Shown in pieces: positions 60,001-64,000 of a stretch of 64,000 nucleotides of DNA. This DNA is from Cyanobacteria bacterium P01_A01_bin.123 (GTDB lineage Bacteria; Cyanobacteriota; Cyanobacteriia; Phormidesmidales; Phormidesmidaceae): NCBI GenBank assembly GCA_039815185.1, contig JBCBZT010000007.1, positions 96,001 through 160,000 of the forward strand, in the 5' to 3' direction. The notes under the pieces are model-generated. The model worked only from the letters and a program-made list of their open reading frames with translations. It was not told the origin of the DNA and made no database searches. Positions within the stretch are counted from its first letter, which is position 1. Every line of letters begins with the position of its first letter. The translations under genes were made by a program, and so were the position numbers.

Positions 60001-63000
60001 TTGAATTTGACTGAGCAGTTGGGCGAGGGTTGGGCGATCGAAGCTACTCAGGGATGCTGTGCGTACCTTAATGTTGAGCCAAGTCCGGTAATCATCGCCG
60101 TTAAATGATGCGAGGCATTGATTCACTTGCACCAGCAAATCAGTGCTGCCAATCCTGGCAACGGCACTCAGCACCTGAGCTTGATAGGCGGGGTCTTGAA
60201 ATTGCTGTACCGCTTCAAAAAAGATTTGTCGCTGGGGTATTTCCAGATAGGTGAATGCGGGGGCTAAGCGGCTGAAGATCTCTGCTGCGGCTTTGTCATA
60301 AGCAAACTCAGGTTGCGGATATGCTTTGAGGTGTGGGGTCACAGTTGCGATTTGAGTCGCTAGCTTTGTAATGACATCGGTAGGTGCTTTTGGGGCAGAG
60401 TCTTGGGCTGTTTGGGATGCTAAAGCCGTTGCAATGCTGCTGAGGATGCGGGTTTGGAGCATGGGCAGCTTAATGGTTTCTAGTTTGGGGGAATCGGCGA
60501 TCGCGGCTGACGCTGCCACCGTTTCGAATGGGGATGAAGTTTGGATTGATTCAGTAAGGGTTGAGTTTTCTCCTGAAACCTCTTGATAGACTTCGATCAG
60601 GCTCAGAGCGTCTGTGAGGGTATTAATCGACAAGAGAGGAATCAAGCTTTCGAGGGCTTCTGTCCGGGGGTATGGCGCAGGGATCGATTGAACAATCAGG
60701 TTGAGGGTGTCTGGCAATTGATCTGTGGGCAAGTAAGGCAGCAAGTTGCAAAGGGTTTCTACTTTGTCGCGATCGCGACTAAAGGCCGTCTCAATCAACC
60801 GCAGGGCGTTGGGCATCAACCCGATGGAGAGCTTTGGAGCTAATTCGCTGAGCAACCAGGTTTTGTCAGTGTCTTGGGGTAAGTGGGGCACCAGAGCTAA
60901 CGCAGCCGCCTGTTGGTCGGTCACCGCCGCAATTGTCAGGTGAGGAGCAATATCTTTGAGGGCATAGGGAAGTTGCTGCTCATTGGGAATGGTCTGTAAC
61001 TCAGCTAATGCCTGCTTGATGATGATCAGGCACTGAGGTTCTGGCAGGTGAGGGGCAATCCGCATGAGGGCATGAACGCGGTTGATTGGCTCTGGGATGG
61101 CTGCGGTGGCGTCGAGGGCTTCTGTCCAAGCTTGATCTGCTGGGTTGGGCAGTTGGGGTGCAATCTTAACCAATGCATCAAACCGAGCTGAATCATCGGT
61201 AAGGGATCGAGCAGCATTGAACGCTTCTGTCCACGCCTTATCGCTTGGGGTCTCGGGTAATTGGAGCGCGATCGCCATGAGGGACTCAACCCGCTGCTTT
61301 TCGTCTTGAACGATAGATGCAGCCGACAAGGGCTGTTCAGACGCTTCGGAAAGCTCGGTTGCTGGCAAAGTGGGGGCGATTGCCGCTAGCGCATCAGCAC
61401 GGATTTGTTCATCTTGAATCGTCTGCGCGGCAGTTAAGGCGGCTTCTAATAAATGGGGTGTGTTTGGCGGCAGATAGGGGGCGATCGCCTGCAAGACAGT
61501 GGCCCGGTACTGTTCGTTACGGATAGCACTAGCAATCTGCAGGATTGTTTCGAGCAATTGCAGTTCCGTATCAGGTGACTGAGGCGCAGGTTGCGCTAAA
61601 AGTCCTGCTAGCCCAAGTCGCTGTAAGAGTCCGCCGCGCTGGTTTTCATCCCGAATGTTGGGGGCCACAGATAAGATCTCGGCTAAGACTTGCAGCCGCT
61701 CAGGTTCGGGAAAATAAGGGGCGATCGCCAGCAGGGTGTAGCCCTGATCCGTTGGATTGTCCATGGCTCGCCCCATTGCTAATGCCTCTTGTAAGGCTTG
61801 ATTGCACTCAGTGGGGGGTAAGTGGGGGGTGATCGCAGCTAGGGTTCTAGCCCAGGCTTGTTGATCTGTCATCACCCGCACAACGGTCAGAATACGTTCG
61901 AGGACACTCAGGCGTTCTGCGGGATCTGGAAAATAAGGGGCGATCGCGGTCAAGGTTGCAGCCCGGTATTTTCCATTTTGAATGGTCTGGGCAATATCCA
62001 ATGCCCGTCTAAACAACTGAGGTACTGTTGCGGGCAAATAGGGGGCGATTGTCGCTAAAGTTTCAGCACAAGATTGTTGATCATAGTCGCCTTGTTCAGC
62101 CCCTACAAGCTGCTCCAAGGCTTGAATAACATACTCTAGGGTTCGCAGGTGAATGGCTGGCGGTAGCTGAGGAAGTAGCTTGGCTAAAACTTCAGCCCTG
62201 TGGGATTTGTCGGAGAGCGCCTGCACCACAGCAGCCAAGGCTTGCTCTAGCAGTTGTGATGCTGTTTCTGATAAATGGCATAAGAGGGTGATGAGTATGT
62301 TATGGCAATACCAGTCGTTTTCGATGGTTTGTGAAAGGTCTTGGGCAACATGCAATGCCCGTTGGAAAAGTTGCGGTTCGGTATGGGGCAATTTGGGAAT
62401 GATCTCGTACAAAGCGCAATTGGCATCGTATACATCTCCCGCTCGGGTTTGGGTGATAGCGGTTAACGCCTGTTCAAACGCTTGAAACCGCTCTGTCGCT
62501 GGCAAATGGGGAGCAACCGCCGCCAAAGCTTGAGTACGTGGCAACTCAGACTGCACGGCATAAACCGTGGTTAAAATCTGATCGAGGGCTTGAAAGCGCT
62601 CTTCCTCAGGCAGATTGGGAAGCCCTAGTAAGGCATAGCCTCGACGTTCTGGATCTTGAATCGTACGCGCAGCCGTCAAGGCTTGATCTAACAGGGGTGT
62701 TGCCGTAGTTGGTAGGTGAGGGACGATCGCCATCAGCATTTGAGCGCAAATGGAGTCATCTTGGATGGCGGCAGCGATATTTAGGATTTGTTCAAGGATG
62801 CGCGGTGCGGTTTCGATGCTGTGCAGGGCAATGGCTATGAGCACATCAGCTCGAATCGTGTCCTCTTGAATTGAATTGGCAATGGAGAGGGCCTGTTCTA
62901 GGGCTGGGGGGTGCTTAGCTGCTGTAAATCGTGTTGCAATCTCAGCTAATAGAACAGATCTAGTCTGTTGATCGTGAACGTGATGGGCGGCAGCCAGCAG

Positions 63001-63909
63001 TTGTTCGAGCAGTGGAACTGCTGTGGCGGGTAACCGACACGCGATCGCGGTTAAAGCTCTGCCTCGGTTCCCGTCATCTTCTATGGTGGGTGCAATTGAG
63101 AGCGCAGCGCTTAATTGCGGCAGATGTGTCGTTTCTGTCAAGTGGTGTATGGTCCCCGTCAGGAGTTCATCCCGGTGCTTTTCATCTGGCAAGGCCCCCA
63201 CAGCAGTGATGAGTGGATCTAATAATTGCGGGTCTATTTTCGCCAACTCACTGGCGAAAATAGGGATTTCAAAAGTCTCTAAAAAGTCTCCGCTTGCCAA
63301 AGTCTGCGCTAACGATTCAACCGCTTGCGCCATCTTCTGCGTGCTGGCTGGCTCCGGCAGGCGATGGGCAATGATGGCCAGAATCTGAGCTGGAAACAGA
63401 CCATACTCACCGAATTTCATCGCCTGGGCAGCGATTACCGCTTGTTCTAAGGTTTCTATGTGTTTGAGGTCAGGCAGTTCAGGCGCGATCGCGACTAGGG
63501 CTTGGGCACGAGAGCTTGCTGATTCAATCCCATCGGCCAGACTCAAAGCCTGCGCTAGGGTTTCAGTACGCTTTGGTTCGGGGAGTTGGGGTGCGATCGC
63601 GATCAGCGCTTTAACCCGCTTAAAGGCATTTTCAATAGACTGGACAGCGGTTAACGCGTGTTCTAAGGCTTGGGTACGTTCTGGGTTAGGCAGACGGGGC
63701 GCGATCGCAAGTAGCTGTTTACCCCGTTCGTCGGCATCGATAATGGCCTGTGCTGCATCCCAGGCTGCTTTTAGCACATCCAAGCGGGACGGTAAGACTT
63801 CAGAAGCGAGTTGAACTAATGCTTCACCCTGCTCAACCGGATCTTGAATGCGCTCGATCTCGTTTAAACGCGCTGCGATCCAATCATCCCTGTTTGCCTG
63901 TTCGCCCAT
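57052..63909 (-). CDS. KAP-family P-loop NTPase with a very long N-terminal alpha-helical repeat region
   Basis: Walker A 'GILGGWGGGKS', 'FDAWTF', TM insertion, Walker B 'VYIDDLDRC', 'YLEKIIQLPY', 'PRTLKRLIN'; repeats 'LEQAL.AA..IQDE..RA..L.AIAP.LP'. Confidence 0.9.
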   Translation of the reverse strand: MGEQANRDDWIAARLNEIERIQDPVEQGEALVQLASEVLPSRLDVLKAAWDAAQAIIDADERGKQLLAIAPRLPNPERTQALEHALTAVQSIENAFKRVKALIAIAPQLPEPKRTETLAQALSLADGIESASSRAQALVAIAPELPDLKHIETLEQAVIAAQAMKFGEYGLFPAQILAIIAHRLPEPASTQKMAQAVESLAQTLASGDFLETFEIPIFASELAKIDPQLLDPLITAVGALPDEKHRDELLTGTIHHLTETTHLPQLSAALSIAPTIEDDGNRGRALTAIACRLPATAVPLLEQLLAAAHHVHDQQTRSVLLAEIATRFTAAKHPPALEQALSIANSIQEDTIRADVLIAIALHSIETAPRILEQILNIAAAIQDDSICAQMLMAIVPHLPTTATPLLDQALTAARTIQDPERRGYALLGLPNLPEEERFQALDQILTTVYAVQSELPRTQALAAVAPHLPATERFQAFEQALTAITQTRAGDVYDANCALYEIIPKLPHTEPQLFQRALHVAQDLSQTIENDWYCHNILITLLCHLSETASQLLEQALAAVVQALSDKSHRAEVLAKLLPQLPPAIHLRTLEYVIQALEQLVGAEQGDYDQQSCAETLATIAPYLPATVPQLFRRALDIAQTIQNGKYRAATLTAIAPYFPDPAERLSVLERILTVVRVMTDQQAWARTLAAITPHLPPTECNQALQEALAMGRAMDNPTDQGYTLLAIAPYFPEPERLQVLAEILSVAPNIRDENQRGGLLQRLGLAGLLAQPAPQSPDTELQLLETILQIASAIRNEQYRATVLQAIAPYLPPNTPHLLEAALTAAQTIQDEQIRADALAAIAPTLPATELSEASEQPLSAASIVQDEKQRVESLMAIALQLPETPSDKAWTEAFNAARSLTDDSARFDALVKIAPQLPNPADQAWTEALDATAAIPEPINRVHALMRIAPHLPEPQCLIIIKQALAELQTIPNEQQLPYALKDIAPHLTIAAVTDQQAAALALVPHLPQDTDKTWLLSELAPKLSIGLMPNALRLIETAFSRDRDKVETLCNLLPYLPTDQLPDTLNLIVQSIPAPYPRTEALESLIPLLSINTLTDALSLIEVYQEVSGENSTLTESIQTSSPFETVAASAAIADSPKLETIKLPMLQTRILSSIATALASQTAQDSAPKAPTDVITKLATQIATVTPHLKAYPQPEFAYDKAAAEIFSRLAPAFTYLEIPQRQIFFEAVQQFQDPAYQAQVLSAVARIGSTDLLVQVNQCLASFNGDDYRTWLNIKVRTASLSSFDRPTLAQLLSQIQSPHRKAEALVEIASHPSGHAYQPAALRQIRGLGNHDLEVRCLKRLIPRLHHNQRLEAANVIREIGELYFRTTALVALACKFPEFRSEAKTSAQQLSNLVQSVEQLSTLAIEMPEILPEVTDIAATVEQPLARGKTLVALSPHLPMRINREVTREHRLGQPITIELWQRALYLMARGYRDALKGGSLRNESAQDEDLLNLKDEVNALTDLLLMRDLEPPMTVGILGGWGGGKSYIMHLMQSRMTEIRSRPIHPDTEAWNLDPNHERLSPYVGHVYQIKFDAWTFAKSDLWASLMQTIFLELNRQISLEQKLARVLAEQPNNAESRAKVLCAAGQYWPVLYKSGDEDRQWFLERVLSPEQLAQFQDINNQEEVDNALWQQLGETYQAENQKLKELEAELKRKQAALQQETQAIRSKIDNDQFYQLINKLTGPISILLSNRVSKTVFEQINQEITRKIKAQLDSDAASETLEPIDTNHLKAMIRLVTADVMERRYGQIDFFSFWTWCRKNVRLLGLVLILMVLAIVLPIAVEQTLAWLDVSIDSFSSRLIAFLAPLTPGIVSVQALFKSFHQWFEETKLAVKEYEIQIGAISQQLEKRREEIFQNQLDEVEAISELETEIKVLEDKIDTQRQRIPENVYESLEAFVSDRLQAGSYEKHLGLMQQVKGDLADLSQRLLPPPAASQAFRSKVEQLQKIFPRGPARIIVYIDDLDRCPPDRVVAVLEAVQLLVKTPLFIAVLAIDERYITRALEQFYKGILLRHGSPSGTDYLEKIIQLPYRVRPIMANTLETYLRSQVVIQDNATGSAKFNEFSRQEFNMLLECCKQTDLSPRTLKRLINIYKLFKIVCRTRGTKPSPQVQQAILALLALSGHYPDLMRGIFDDIENCYEEQRTQAEAEKSGQKLHLESPLQDCFKHYRPPGDRYLRREFDHLKHDALQTTILPPALTLEGMTHEIFNLLRSFSFVGDIGEDPEDYRVSDAVEAISK

Positions 63910-64000
63910 CCTTAATGACCCAGCTGATTGTTTTCACTATCCTAGGGGTCGAATCGCGTCTAGTCGTCCGTAGGCATCAGCTCTTTTGAGAGATGCCATC

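Larger units (their letters stand above)
1..64000. repeat. HIP1 (GCGATCGC) highly iterated palindrome
   Basis: Many occurrences across the window, including the cytochrome cluster and the KAP gene. Confidence 0.95.

Overview
Chromosomal window from a cyanobacterium. Evidence: abundant HIP1 GCGATCGC octamers, ntcA-fabI synteny and a hetF homologue; a filamentous Leptolyngbya-like lineage is only a guess. Positions 1-39 kb are mostly core genes: ntcA, fabI, two further CRP/FNR regulators, arsS, recR, lipA, cobT-like, a radical SAM fusion, clpS, argF and hetF. This part also holds a Yfr2-like sRNA and a 2289-aa acidic-repeat/Hsp70-fold protein. The most striking feature is an ~10 kb divergent redox cluster at 39.2-49.0 kb. 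It encodes a Rieske protein, its own CcsA/ResB-type cytochrome c maturation genes, a tail-anchored tandem di-globin, two coupled multiheme cytochromes c (about 5 + 6 hemes, HAO-like motifs), a Tll0287-like monoheme lipoprotein, a putative di-heme b membrane protein and a thioredoxin. Multiheme systems are unusual in cyanobacteria. The right end carries an RHH/PIN/NfeD-like module with an operator-like palindrome and a 2285-aa helical-repeat + KAP NTPase gene tightly followed by GNAT and ankyrin genes. Also seen: a probable ATC start for recR, a ~75-bp dispersed repeat in three copies, and CRP boxes ahead of two similar small proteins. All calls come from reading motifs by eye; no searches were run.
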